Shown here: positions 1 through 9,411 of the stretch, piece after piece
Numbering within the stretch: the stretch's first letter is position 1
Layout of the letters: each line of letters starts with the position of its first letter
Assembly (NCBI GenBank): GCA_963810095.1
Contig: CAWEMM010000013.1
Span: 1 to 64,000, forward strand
Reading direction: 5' to 3'
DNA: 64,000 nucleotides
DNA from: an uncultured Chloroflexia bacterium
GTDB lineage: Bacteria > Chloroflexota > Anaerolineae > CG2-30-64-16
The notes under the pieces: model-generated
What the model was told of the DNA's origin: nothing
The model's database searches: none
What the model saw: only the letters and a program-made list of their open reading frames with translations
Program-made: the position numbers and the translations under genes

Positions 1-2
1 AG

Positions 3-1667
3 CTAGCGGCGGAGCAAGCCGATGAGGATCAATCCGCTGAGTCCCGCATACCAGGCCCAGCCCGCGCCGGCCGCGTATAGCACCGATGCGGCCAGGATGC
101 CAAACCCAAGCAGAACCGTCGTTTGCAGCCGGCTAATGGAGGTGTCGCGAGGCTTCTGGGCATTAGTTTCGAAGAACTTCAAGCTGTCGCTAAGCAGGAG
201 CGGGCTGCGGCTCATGACGTCGAAAAGCTCGGGCACAAAGAGCAGGCTGGCCTTAAGGGTTGCCACAGGATTGAATTGCTTGAGCAGCAGCGCCTGCACG
301 TGTCCACGTGACGCTTTGACAATGTCGAACTCCGGGTCCAACGCATGCGCCACGCCTTCAATCGTGACCAACGCCTTGATCATGAGAATCATCTCACCCG
401 GATAGTTGATGCGGTATTGGCCTGCCAACAGGATCGCCTGCAGGATGACTCGACCGGTCGACATTCGGCTGAAGCCGGCGGAACGCTGCCAGCGCGCAAA
501 CAGCCCCGCGGCCGCCCGCTGGAAGCTTTCGACGTCGCTGTTTCTCGACGGGGTCGTCAGCGAGATCAAGTAGCGCGCGGCGTTCTCCGCATCGGCCGTG
601 ACCACCGAGAAGAAGAAGTAGAAAAGGCGTTTTCGGATCTCCCGGTCAAAGACCCCGACCATGCCCAGGTCGATGAAGCCCACGCTGCCATCCTTGAAGA
701 TGATCAGGTTGCCAGGATGAAGGTCAGCATGGAAGAAACCGTCGTCGAAGATCATCTGCATGATGGCGCCAACACCCAGCCGCGTGATCCTGTCTTTCTG
801 CTGAGGCGTCAGGATGCGGGCCGCGCGGGCGTCAGGCTTGATGCCTCGGAAGTAGTCCATGCACAGGACGTCGCGATTGCTGAACTCCCGGTAGATCTTC
901 GGGAAACGGATGTCTGGCTGATCCTTGAAGTTCCCTGCAAAGGCCTCGGCGTTATCGGCCTCGAAGCGAAGATCGACCTCGCGCAGCGAATAGCGGCTGA
1001 ATTCGGAGATCAGTCGCCGTGGTTGGTAGCGGGATAGAAACAGCTGCAGCACGACGCCGACCATGCGCAACAGCCTGGTGTCGGTCTCGACGGTCTTGCG
1101 CACGCCCGGTTTCAGAACCTTGAGCACGACTCGTTCGCCGGTGAGCAGGCGGGCGCGGTGCGTTTGAGCCAGGGACGCCGATCCAAGCGGTGTCGGATCG
1201 ATCCAGCGAAAGATCGCATCGGTGGGCCGCTTGAGGTCCGCTTCGATGAGCTCCTTGTAGCGCTCGAAGGTGACGACAGGGAGCCGGTCCAGGAGGTTCT
1301 TGAGTTCGTTGGTGATGGCTTTGGGCAACAGGTCCTCGCGCAAGCTGAGGATCTGGCCGAGCTTGATGTAGGTCGGGCCCAGGCGTTCGAGGCGCAGGCG
1401 GAACTGCACGGGGAAGGTCTGCTGAATGATGCGCGCATCCAGAAACGGGCGCACGAAGAGCAGCAGCATGCGCAAGAGCAACACCCAAAGGGTGGGCCGC
1501 GCGCCGCTTGCGCCCCGTTCCCGGACGTACACGTTGGCACCGCCAAACAGCAGTGCCAGCAACTGAAATGCTGTAACCAGTGCGCGGAGGATCAGGCCGG
1601 CCGGCCGCCGCTCCTGATAGACACTAAACCCGGTGCTCGAAATCGCCGGCGATCCTTGGTTGGGCAC
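3..1667 (-). CDS. ABC1/UbiB (AarF) family atypical protein kinase-like protein
   Basis: ORF has LGPTYIKLGQ, ASLAQ, VLKV, GFFHADLHPGN and DLGMVG motifs plus a C-terminal TM segment; stop at the window edge. Confidence 0.93.
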   Translation of the reverse strand: MPNQGSPAISSTGFSVYQERRPAGLILRALVTAFQLLALLFGGANVYVRERGASGARPTLWVLLLRMLLLFVRPFLDARIIQQTFPVQFRLRLERLGPTYIKLGQILSLREDLLPKAITNELKNLLDRLPVVTFERYKELIEADLKRPTDAIFRWIDPTPLGSASLAQTHRARLLTGERVVLKVLKPGVRKTVETDTRLLRMVGVVLQLFLSRYQPRRLISEFSRYSLREVDLRFEADNAEAFAGNFKDQPDIRFPKIYREFSNRDVLCMDYFRGIKPDARAARILTPQQKDRITRLGVGAIMQMIFDDGFFHADLHPGNLIIFKDGSVGFIDLGMVGVFDREIRKRLFYFFFSVVTADAENAARYLISLTTPSRNSDVESFQRAAAGLFARWQRSAGFSRMSTGRVILQAILLAGQYRINYPGEMILMIKALVTIEGVAHALDPEFDIVKASRGHVQALLLKQFNPVATLKASLLFVPELFDVMSRSPLLLSDSLKFFETNAQKPRDTSISRLQTTVLLGFGILAASVLYAAGAGWAWYAGLSGLILIGLLRR

Positions 1668-1677
1668 TCGGGCCTCT

Positions 1678-2781
1678 CTAGTGCGAAAGCAATGGGACGC
1701 CCGTGCGTTCGCCCGATGTCAGTTGATGCGAGATCGCGCTTTCGAGCCGGCGACTGTAGCGCCGGATCGCGTCGTTGTTGACCAACATCGTCTGCGAATC
1801 GGCGAGACAGCGGGCCATCGTCACCTTCGAAATCTTCACCGCATGCTCAGCGGTGAAAAGCGACTCGCGGCGCTGTGCGGCCAGATGCAAGGTCTGGTAG
1901 GCAGGCAAGAGACACAGGAGCGAAGCACGGCGATATCCGGCGGCATGGTAGGGCAGCGCGAGCACGTACTCCGTGGCCTCGCGGAGCTCAGTCAGCACAT
2001 CGCCTAGCACCATCGCCGTCCAATCGGGCGGCGCGCCCAACAACGATAGCGGCTGGTACGCCGCCTTGCTCAACCAGCTATCGGGCAGGTAGCAGATTCC
2101 CCGTTCCAGGTCTTTGGCGAAGTCCTTGATGATGTTCGTCTTCTGCAGGCTGCGTCCGCAGGCCTCAGCACGCAGGCTTAGCACCTCGGCCACATCTTCC
2201 GTCAGCCCATACTGCCTGACGATCAGCTCGGACGCCAGGCTGCCGACGGTGCCGGCCACGTAATAGCAGTAGCTCTCGTAATCGCTCGCCTCTTGCAGGA
2301 TGTCCACGCCGCCTCGCCGGACCAAACGCGGCCCGCGCTCCGGGTCGCCCAGCTGCCGCATGCCTTGCGCCATCAGGCCGGTCCAGCGGCAAACAATGTC
2401 TCGGGCGTGTGTGGGGATCTGCGCATAAATGCGCCACAGCATGAGGCCGTCGTGGTCACCCATCAGCGCCGCTTCGCGCTCGGTCAAGCCCGGCCAGGGT
2501 TCGAGGCTCCAGCGGTGCAGGACTTCGGCCGCCGGTCCGGGGTCACTCAATAGGTCCACAAACTCGGTAAAGCGCTCATTCTTCCATGCGACCGGCCGCG
2601 TGCAATCTTCGATGTTATCGACCACCCGGCAAAGCAGGTACGCCGTCGCGAGATAGTGCCGCGCCGGAAGCTCGACGCAAGGCACCACCATGGCAAACGT
2701 GCGGGAAACGTGATCTAGCTGATGTTGAAGGTAATCGCTCTCGCCCGAGGTCAGCTCGGATAGGTCGTGCTCAGGGAGCAT
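1678..2781 (-). CDS. Squalene/phytoene synthase family protein (farnesyl-diphosphate farnesyltransferase-like)
   Basis: VSRTF, YLLCRVVDNIED, YCYYVAGTVG and LQKTNIIKDFAKD head-to-head prenyltransferase motifs. Confidence 0.9.
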   Translation of the reverse strand: MLPEHDLSELTSGESDYLQHQLDHVSRTFAMVVPCVELPARHYLATAYLLCRVVDNIEDCTRPVAWKNERFTEFVDLLSDPGPAAEVLHRWSLEPWPGLTEREAALMGDHDGLMLWRIYAQIPTHARDIVCRWTGLMAQGMRQLGDPERGPRLVRRGGVDILQEASDYESYCYYVAGTVGSLASELIVRQYGLTEDVAEVLSLRAEACGRSLQKTNIIKDFAKDLERGICYLPDSWLSKAAYQPLSLLGAPPDWTAMVLGDVLTELREATEYVLALPYHAAGYRRASLLCLLPAYQTLHLAAQRRESLFTAEHAVKISKVTMARCLADSQTMLVNNDAIRRYSRRLESAISHQLTSGERTGVPLLSH

Positions 2782-2810
2782 GGAACACTCCTGGTCCTAA
2801 AGTCGCCACG

Positions 2811-4073
2811 TCAGGGCTGTGCCACCGGTGGCTCATCCCAGGTATGCACGACGCGCGTCCTTGCCAGTTTGTCATGCCATCCTTGGCGCTGACGGTCGCC
2901 CAGTACCCAAAAGAATCCCAGAAATAGCGGAAGTGCTGACAGAAAATAGCCAACGTAGCGCAAGGCGCCGCGCGGCCAGGCGATCTTCGCGGTATCATCA
3001 TGAACCACGCGAAGACCCATGAGCATTTTGCCCGGCGTAGCGCCGGCCAGGCGCCAGAAGACGACAAAGTACAGGGGGATAAAGAGCAGCTCGACCGCAA
3101 CGGTAAGGGCAAGCGTCAGCGTGCGAAAGAGCTGTACAAGCTCGCCCGAGGAGTCGGCCCTGATTTCCTGCACCCCGAGGTGGAAGAAATTCAACACCAG
3201 CGCAATAACGCCGCCGAGCACGACGCTGCCCAACGTGACGATCAGTACATCGCACAGAAAGGCCAGCGTCCGGCTGACGAACCCGGCGGGACGCGCCTGG
3301 CCTGCGGGACTTAGCAGCCGGCCGCCAACCAGAATGGGGGCGGTTGCTACCGAAGCACTTGCGGCGGACCCGCGGCCGAAGATGTGTGCAGCGCGTGCGT
3401 CGCCTGCTGCAGCCGCGCTCCGCAGCGCGGTTATCAGGTCGCCGGCCATGCTCACGCCCTGTTCGGCCACCAGATCACGGACGGCCGGCTCTTCTGCCAA
3501 CATGCCGACGGCGACCTGAATGACTTCCGTGCTGCCGTCCCCGTAAGCCTGGCGCGCCACGGCCCGGCTGCGCTGCTCGGCAGCGCGTCCCGCGTCGATC
3601 AGCCGGTCAAGCCGTGCTTCGCCGCGGGTGGCGAGGCCCTCGTATCGCCGCGCGATCGGTCGCGCGAGGCGGCTCCCGGTGAGCGGGGCCAGCACGCCGG
3701 AGAGCAGGCCATACGCTTGCGCCGAAGCCGCCCTCCCGGTCGATAGCGCGCGGCCCGCTGCCGCCGCGCCGACCGCGGCCAGGCCGACCGCAGCGTAACG
3801 AATGCGCTTGCTCCGGCTCTCGTCAGGACCCTCGTGATAGCGCCCGCGGCCGATGCGCTCCGCTTCCGCATCCCAGGTCTTCACCCGGTCCACGACGATA
3901 TCGCCGCCCTCGGCTGCTCCGCCGACAAGGAGGCGCGCCAGGCTGCGCAGCAGCGACGGGTCCGCACCGCGCGATTCGAGTGTAACGCGCACGACGGCCG
4001 GCGGGAGCTCGACCTCCGGGCCCCAGTCTTCCTCGTCGTCGCCGAAATCTTCGTCCTGTTGCGCGCCAACCAT
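2811..4073 (-). CDS. RDD family membrane protein with long N-terminal helical extension
   Basis: C-terminal AGFVSRTLAFLCD...TPGKMLMGLRVV...RQGWHDKLARTRVV RDD signature. Confidence 0.85.
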   Translation of the reverse strand: MVGAQQDEDFGDDEEDWGPEVELPPAVVRVTLESRGADPSLLRSLARLLVGGAAEGGDIVVDRVKTWDAEAERIGRGRYHEGPDESRSKRIRYAAVGLAAVGAAAAGRALSTGRAASAQAYGLLSGVLAPLTGSRLARPIARRYEGLATRGEARLDRLIDAGRAAEQRSRAVARQAYGDGSTEVIQVAVGMLAEEPAVRDLVAEQGVSMAGDLITALRSAAAAGDARAAHIFGRGSAASASVATAPILVGGRLLSPAGQARPAGFVSRTLAFLCDVLIVTLGSVVLGGVIALVLNFFHLGVQEIRADSSGELVQLFRTLTLALTVAVELLFIPLYFVVFWRLAGATPGKMLMGLRVVHDDTAKIAWPRGALRYVGYFLSALPLFLGFFWVLGDRQRQGWHDKLARTRVVHTWDEPPVAQP

Positions 4074-4075
4074 GG

Positions 4076-4438
4076 CTATGCGTCTTCCGCAGGGCCCTTG
4101 CTCAGATTCTCAATCTGGGCCGACAGGGCGTCCAGCCGCGCGTTCAGGGCCTGGACGTCGGCCTTCGACGCCAGGGCGGCCGCGCGCATGGCAAGAATGG
4201 GGCGCGGCCGGCGCAGGCGCGGACGGCGGACTCCGCCCAGGACTGCGCGGGCTTTGTCCCAATCCGTCTCGCCGCGCGCCACCAGGTGGCGGAGCAGATT
4301 CTCAGCGGCCTCTTCCGCCAGGCTGACGGCGCCGATCGAGGCGAGCGCCAGCTTGGTCAACGCGCCTTCCACCTGTGACTCATCCTGAGGCGCCCCAGCC
4401 TGGGCCGGCGTCGTAAGCATTTCTGGTTCGATTGCCAT
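4076..4438 (-). CDS. Phasin (PhaF/PhaI)-like granule-associated small protein
   Basis: LALASIGAVSLAEE...LVARGE N-terminus and ASKADVQALNARLDALSAQIENL coiled-coil tail; GGAG RBS upstream. Confidence 0.65.
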   Translation of the reverse strand: MAIEPEMLTTPAQAGAPQDESQVEGALTKLALASIGAVSLAEEAAENLLRHLVARGETDWDKARAVLGGVRRPRLRRPRPILAMRAAALASKADVQALNARLDALSAQIENLSKGPAEDA

Positions 4439-4717
4439 GGTTTATCTCCCTTCGCGGAGGTGTGGTCGCTGTGTCAGGCTTGTTTGATGCCTAGTTCGAT
4501 ATTTGTACCCTACAAGGCTAACACACTCCTATCTGTCATGCAATGGTACGATTGGGCAGTCATGAACTGTGCAAACGACTATGATTCTGTCTGGGGAACG
4601 GCAGGGGAAAGCAGCTGGATGCGAGTGCAGTCGCCGCTCATCACGATGGTCGCAAAACAAAGCGAGGTCGGCCACGCCGACTACTCGGGTGGGCAACCTC
4701 GTTGCAGGGCATGGACC

Positions 4718-5497
4718 TCAAATCAGCGGCCAGGGATAGGGCCGTCGATCTTCGGGCGGATCAGGGAAGCAGCCGGCCGCGACAAGGGCCTCGGCTCGAT
4801 GAGCGGTCGCGCGGATTTCGCCGTCGAAGAGTAACTCCTTGAGCTGGACCGAAGTGTCCGCGTCCGGGGTCACCAGCTCTTCGTGCAGCCGTTCGAGGTC
4901 GGCGAGCAGGTCGGCAGGAATGGGCTGCGACGCGTAGTCCCAGATCACCGTGCGCAGCTTGGTTTCCACGTGGAAGCACAGGCCCTGGTCGATTGCAACG
5001 ATGCAGGAGTCACCTACGCGGAGGCAGTGACCGCCCTTGCGGTCGGCGTTGTTCGTGATGATGTCGAACAGCGTCAGGGCCTGCAGGCTGTGCTTGAAGG
5101 CAGGATCTTCGCGGAAGGTGAAGAAGTGCTCGTCCTGGTCGCACTCGACATAAAGCTGAACCGAGCCTCGGCCGTGCGGCCCGCCGCGGAGAACGGTCGG
5201 AGGCACAAGCTCCCAGCCGAGCGTGCGGCAGATGACATACGCGGCGACCTCGCGCTTGGCAAGGGTGCCCCGGGGAAAATCCCAGAGCGGCCGCTCGCCG
5301 CGGATCGGTTTGTAGACCACCTGCGCGCTGTCCCCCGACGCGTTGGTCACCGTGCCGAGAAACGTATAGTTAGAGCTCCAGGGCATCAAGCCCCCCAGCT
5401 CGAGCTCGCCTTTGCCAAGCAGCGTCAGCAGGCGGTCGTTCTCCGTTCCGCCGGTCGCCCAAGGCACGATGCAGTCAGTGCGTTGTCTGCGTGCCAT
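4718..5497 (-). CDS. SCO1664 family PI3/PI4-kinase-like protein
   Basis: SNYTFL, VYKPIRGERPLWDFP, REVAAY, NNADRKGGH and IDQG motifs. Confidence 0.88.
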   Translation of the reverse strand: MARRQRTDCIVPWATGGTENDRLLTLLGKGELELGGLMPWSSNYTFLGTVTNASGDSAQVVYKPIRGERPLWDFPRGTLAKREVAAYVICRTLGWELVPPTVLRGGPHGRGSVQLYVECDQDEHFFTFREDPAFKHSLQALTLFDIITNNADRKGGHCLRVGDSCIVAIDQGLCFHVETKLRTVIWDYASQPIPADLLADLERLHEELVTPDADTSVQLKELLFDGEIRATAHRAEALVAAGCFPDPPEDRRPYPWPLI

Positions 5498-5499
5498 CT

Positions 5500-6108
5500 T
5501 TAGTGCATGATCTCTCCCCCGCGGCGGTTCCGTGCGTTGGCGGGCGGGCAGAAATGCCCGAAGTCGTCCATGGGCGTGTCACAGCGCGGGCACAGCGGAC
5601 GACCGGCAACCACGGCCTTGGCGGCCTGTTCACCCAGCAGCTTTGCCTGGCCTCGCGTCGTGTAAATCTGATGCTCAGGAGGATCCTGATCGTCGTCGTC
5701 GTTGATCAGATCTTCTTCCTCCTCGCCTTCCAGCTTATCGGCATCTACCAGCGTAAAGACCACCAGGTCGTGTAAGCGATCGTAGGCGACGCCAATGCTG
5801 CCCACCCGGAACAGGGGTTGCAGTGGCTCCGCCAGGTTGAGGTTGGGCGCCGCCGCCACCAGCGGCTCGTCCAACTCGGGAAACTCTACGCGTACGTCGT
5901 CCAGCAACTCGGGGATGGCCTTGCTCAGCGCCATCGCCTGGTCCTTTTCGATGACCCAACTGAACGGCTCGGGGCCAAAGAAGGCCTGGAGCACAAAGGT
6001 GCGCCGGCCCATTGCGCCGACTGCACCCGCCGTGATCCGGGTGACTGGATACACGTCATCGCCCTCGTAATAAGGTAGTGCGGCGTAGGATGGGAGGGAA
6101 TCTGTCAT
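5500..6108 (-). CDS. DUF3090 family protein
   Basis: GAVGAMGRRTFVLQA, IEKDQ, FRVGSIG and C-terminal AGRPLCPRC...GHFCP; canonical neighbour of SCO1664; start uncertain (6108 or 6126). Confidence 0.82.
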   Translation of the reverse strand: MTDSLPSYAALPYYEGDDVYPVTRITAGAVGAMGRRTFVLQAFFGPEPFSWVIEKDQAMALSKAIPELLDDVRVEFPELDEPLVAAAPNLNLAEPLQPLFRVGSIGVAYDRLHDLVVFTLVDADKLEGEEEEDLINDDDDQDPPEHQIYTTRGQAKLLGEQAAKAVVAGRPLCPRCDTPMDDFGHFCPPANARNRRGGEIMH

Positions 6109-7078
6109 ATACATAAATGTTACCATAAATCCAGAAAACGCAAGCCTTTGGCGTGTGTGTCGAGAACGTGTCGCGGCTCGGACTCAGCCTCCGGTTGCCT
6201 GCATCTTTCCTTCGTCGGCGACCTGTAAGGCTTCCGGCTCCGGGCCGTGCGCCGTGCGGGTGCCCCGGTTCGGGCGCTCTGCTCACCTGCTCCTCCAGCG
6301 CCCCCTTCGCGGCAGGGCTCTCCTCCGCCTCAGACGGGGCGTCGGCCGCTGGTGTTTCGCTTGCCGGCGGCACATGCGCTGCGTCGTTCATCCGTACCAG
6401 CCGCACCCGTAACGGGCTAAAGTCGAGCTCCGTGATCGACGCGGGGGAAATCTCGAGCCGCTGAAACAGGTCGAGCGGCATGCCCATGTAGAACGCGACC
6501 GCCAGCTTGATGGGGTCGCTGTGCGAAAAGACGGCGATGGTCTGCTCGGCATGTTGCTTCTGCAAGGCGTCCAGCGCCGCAACGATACGGGTTTGGATCT
6601 CCAGCATGCTCTCGCCGTTCGGAAAGCGGAACCCCGAAGGGAAGATCTGTACCTGGGTCCATGCCTCCTGCTTGCGGAGCTCATCCAGCGCCTGGCCGGT
6701 CCAGTCGCCGCAGTCTGTCTCTTTGACGCCTTCCAACGTGCGGAGTTCCAGGCTGAGGCGGGCGGCAAGTGGTGCAGCCGTTTCCTGGCAGCGCTCGAGC
6801 GGGCTGCTATAGACGGCGGCGATTGTCTCGCCAGCCAGCCGTTCGGCGACGGCCGCGGCCTGCGCTTGCCCATCCTTGTTCAGCGATACGCCCGGGGTGC
6901 GACCGGCGAGCAAGCCCTTCTTTACATAGTCGTTGACGCCGTGGCGGATCAGGAGGATACGGGTGGGCTTGGGCGCGGGCTTGGCCGCGGTCTCCCCACC
7001 AGGTTGCGGCGCTGCCGGCGTCTCAACTGCCGAGGCAGCCGTCTGCCCGTTCGAGCCTTCGTTCGCGATCAAGTTCAT
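6056..7078 (-). CDS. Histidine phosphatase (MSMEG_4193-like putative phosphomutase)
   Basis: LIRHG, YSSPLERCQETA and SHSDPIK motifs; ATGA overlap with upstream gene; true 3' end probably near 6280 (tail runs into next gene, possible indel). Confidence 0.85.
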   Translation of the reverse strand: MNLIANEGSNGQTAASAVETPAAPQPGGETAAKPAPKPTRILLIRHGVNDYVKKGLLAGRTPGVSLNKDGQAQAAAVAERLAGETIAAVYSSPLERCQETAAPLAARLSLELRTLEGVKETDCGDWTGQALDELRKQEAWTQVQIFPSGFRFPNGESMLEIQTRIVAALDALQKQHAEQTIAVFSHSDPIKLAVAFYMGMPLDLFQRLEISPASITELDFSPLRVRLVRMNDAAHVPPASETPAADAPSEAEESPAAKGALEEQVSRAPEPGHPHGARPGAGSLTGRRRRKDAGNRRLSPSRDTFSTHTPKACVFWIYGNIYVYDRFPPILRRTTLLRGR

Positions 7079-8097
7079 TCTCCCCTCACCGCTTCGTTCG
7101 TCTCGTCGCCCAACTCGCTCAGCGACCCGTCTTCCCATTCAAAGGTCTGGTTGACCCAATCCGGCACCCGATCGCCGCCCGAAACCAGCACCCGGGAGGC
7201 CTCGCCCACGCGGTTCATCAGCCCCTGCACCGCCTGTTGAAAAGCCGACGGTGCGCGCTGCTCGAGCATGGCCGCCGCATCCTCGGGTTCCAGCTTTTGC
7301 CCCAGGCGGCGGTACGCATCGAAGATATAATCCCATATCCACACGTACAGGTCGGCGGCGGTGCGCTCGGGGAAGCGCTGCAACAGCTGGCGGTCACGAA
7401 TCGCCTGGATGATCGGGCAATAGCTCTTCTCATACCAGTCGAGCGCCGCATCTCCGAGGCTAATCTCACCCGCCGACTCACCCCCCCGGTCCTGGGATAG
7501 TAAACGCCTGTGGATATGGACGTGTTCCAGAAGCTTAACGAAACCGCCCGGGCGGGTGAAGTAGATGTCGACGAACGAAACCCGCTCATTCAGCCGGGTC
7601 TCGGCCAGAAATCGGGCGTGCTCGGCCTTCATGATGGCCTGGTCCAGCGAGTCTCCCGGCTCCAGATCGCAGTCGGCCGCGATATCGGTTACATGCGCTT
7701 CGATGCTGTCGAAGCCGCAGGCGCGCGCGACGCTTACCCGGTGGTTGCCGTCTCCGACGAAATAGACCCCGCCAATCCTAAATACCTCGATTGGAGGCGT
7801 TCCCTCGAGGCTCTCCATCGCTTGCTCGACCCGCGCCCAGCGGTCGGCCATGGACGTGCTCTTGGGCAGGAAGTCACGCGTGAAGTCTCGATAGCGCCCC
7901 ACCGAGCCCGCGATCTTGTCCAGTGGGATCATCTCGGCCTGGCGATGGGGTACCTGCTCGTGGCTCTTGAGGATGGCCGTGAGCACCTCGAACGGCAGCA
8001 GCGACGTAGGCTTGCCGCTGAGGCGGGCCAGCATCTCCTCGCGCCGGGCCCGATTGTGAGCTCGGAAGAAACTCTCTCGCTTGTCGTACAGAGTCAT
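7075..8097 (-). CDS. ParB/Srx-like (DUF4032-associated) domain protein
   Basis: IAGSVGRYRDFTRDFLP, PPIEVF, YFVGDGNHRVSVA and later FPERTAADLYVW. Confidence 0.78.
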   Translation of the reverse strand: MTLYDKRESFFRAHNRARREEMLARLSGKPTSLLPFEVLTAILKSHEQVPHRQAEMIPLDKIAGSVGRYRDFTRDFLPKSTSMADRWARVEQAMESLEGTPPIEVFRIGGVYFVGDGNHRVSVARACGFDSIEAHVTDIAADCDLEPGDSLDQAIMKAEHARFLAETRLNERVSFVDIYFTRPGGFVKLLEHVHIHRRLLSQDRGGESAGEISLGDAALDWYEKSYCPIIQAIRDRQLLQRFPERTAADLYVWIWDYIFDAYRRLGQKLEPEDAAAMLEQRAPSAFQQAVQGLMNRVGEASRVLVSGGDRVPDWVNQTFEWEDGSLSELGDETNEAVRGE

Positions 8098-8169
8098 GTA
8101 TCGTGCCAGACCGCCGTCCAAATGCGTATCGCCCCGGTCGCCTCAGCCAAGAGGACGCCGGCAGACAAC

Positions 8170-8204
8170 AAAAGACCCCGAGGAAACCACTTCCCCGGGG
8201 CTTT
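8170..8204 (-). terminator. Hairpin just 3' of tRNA-Glu (probable intrinsic terminator)
   Basis: AAAGaCCCCG...CGGGGCTTT inverted repeat followed by a U-run on the minus strand. Confidence 0.6.
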
Positions 8205-8209
8205 GTGCG

Positions 8210-8285
8210 TGGTAGCGGATACGGGATTCGAACCCGTGTCTCCGCCTTGAGAGGGCGATATCCTGGGCCCCTAGACGAATCCGCC
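8210..8285 (-). tRNA. tRNA-Glu (anticodon CTC)
   Basis: Reverse complement GGCGGATTCGTCTAGGGGCCCAGGATATCGCCCTCTCAAGGCGGAGACACGGGTTCGAATCCCGTATCCGCTACCA; 76 nt cloverleaf with encoded CCA. Confidence 0.97.
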
Positions 8286-8298
8286 ACGAACGAACCGC

Positions 8299-8327
8299 AT
8301 TATATCGGTTTGGAGGATGGGTGTCAA
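8299..8327 (-). promoter_or_regulatory. Consensus sigma70-type promoter for tRNA-Glu
   Basis: Minus strand TTGACA-N17-TATAAT, a perfect match. Confidence 0.9.
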
Positions 8328-8357
8328 AAACGAAGGGGTGTTCTTCCCAGAAGACAG

Positions 8358-8452
8358 AATGGGACGCAGACCTAACTGATTGGATTGATCTTCATGGTCA
8401 TTCAGCATGAGATCACGTAGATCGGTCGAATCAGTTGAATCTGCGTCCCGTT
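8358..8452. repeat. Family A palindromic element (9-nt GAT period), copy 1
   Basis: GGGACGCAGA...TCTGCGTCCC arms with ACTGAT/ATTGAT units. Confidence 0.8.
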
Positions 8453-8467
8453 AGGTTCCGGTTACCT

Positions 8468-9256
8468 CTAGAGCTTTACGGCGTTGAAGCAGAACTCGGC
8501 CAGGCCCGTCTGTTCGAAGTACTCGATCGTCCAGGTGTGCCAGCCGGGCGCAAGATAGATATCGACGAAGAAGCCCGACGCGGACTGTACCTGCCACGCA
8601 TTTAGGACCTGCACTCCGTCGACGAAGACTCTCGCACCGTCGTCGGACTTGATCGAGACGCGATAGTTGCCGCCGACCGCATTGGACGTGGTGGTCCAGC
8701 GAGCGGAGAAGAAGTCCGCGTTGACGCCGGGGGCCGGCGAGTTGAACCCGCAGTTCCAGCACGGTTTGCGCTCGACCCGCTGGAAGACGACGGGGCCCGA
8801 GAGGTCGGTGGTGTTGAAGTACTGCGCGTTCCATCCGCTCTGGGGCGGCGGAGGCGGCGGGCAGCCGCCGGGCTGGCACGGCCCTGGCAGGGGCGGCGGC
8901 GCGGGCGGCCTCGGTGGCTTGGGCGCCGGATGCGTGCAGTTCCACGGATAGATCACCAACACTTGGCCGATGTAGATCCGATCGGGGTTGGAGATGTGGT
9001 TCCAGCTCATCAGCTGGTTGACGGTCACGCCGAAGCGGTAGGCGATCTTGGTCAGATTATCGCCTGGCACGACGCGGTAGTAGATGGGGCAGCTTGCCGC
9101 ACCCTGGCTTGCGCTCGCCGCGCCGCTCGAGGCTGGGGCAGCCGCCGCCGCCGGCACCATGACGGCGGACAATAAGAGGACCACGACCATGAGGGCGGCA
9201 AGTTGGCGGCGGCCAACTAGCCGGGCGCCGATCTGGCGCTTCGAGCGTTTGGACAT
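8468..9256 (-). CDS. Secreted LysM + PA14 domain protein
   Basis: Signal peptide; LysM YRVVPGDNLTKIAYRFGVTV...IYIGQVL; Pro-rich linker; PA14 WNAQYFN...FSARWT...SDDGARVFVDG...IEYFE. Confidence 0.88.
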   Translation of the reverse strand: MSKRSKRQIGARLVGRRQLAALMVVVLLLSAVMVPAAAAAPASSGAASASQGAASCPIYYRVVPGDNLTKIAYRFGVTVNQLMSWNHISNPDRIYIGQVLVIYPWNCTHPAPKPPRPPAPPPLPGPCQPGGCPPPPPPQSGWNAQYFNTTDLSGPVVFQRVERKPCWNCGFNSPAPGVNADFFSARWTTTSNAVGGNYRVSIKSDDGARVFVDGVQVLNAWQVQSASGFFVDIYLAPGWHTWTIEYFEQTGLAEFCFNAVKL

Positions 9257-9411
9257 TTCGCGCGGCTCCTTTCGCATTGACTGTCCGTTCCACCCGCTAT
9301 GCTCAAAACCACAGAGACCTGGCAATCGCCCGAGACAATGGCTCCTGGTTTCAGCCCCGTTAACTGGATGACGTCTGCGCTGGCACGGTGTTCCCTCGTG
9401 CGCGGAGGCTT

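Noticed and set aside
8210-8285. tRNA-Glu as an integration site for a genomic island
   Set aside because: No integrase and no duplicated 3' tRNA-Glu fragment in the window; the 48929 T-arm has a different sequence
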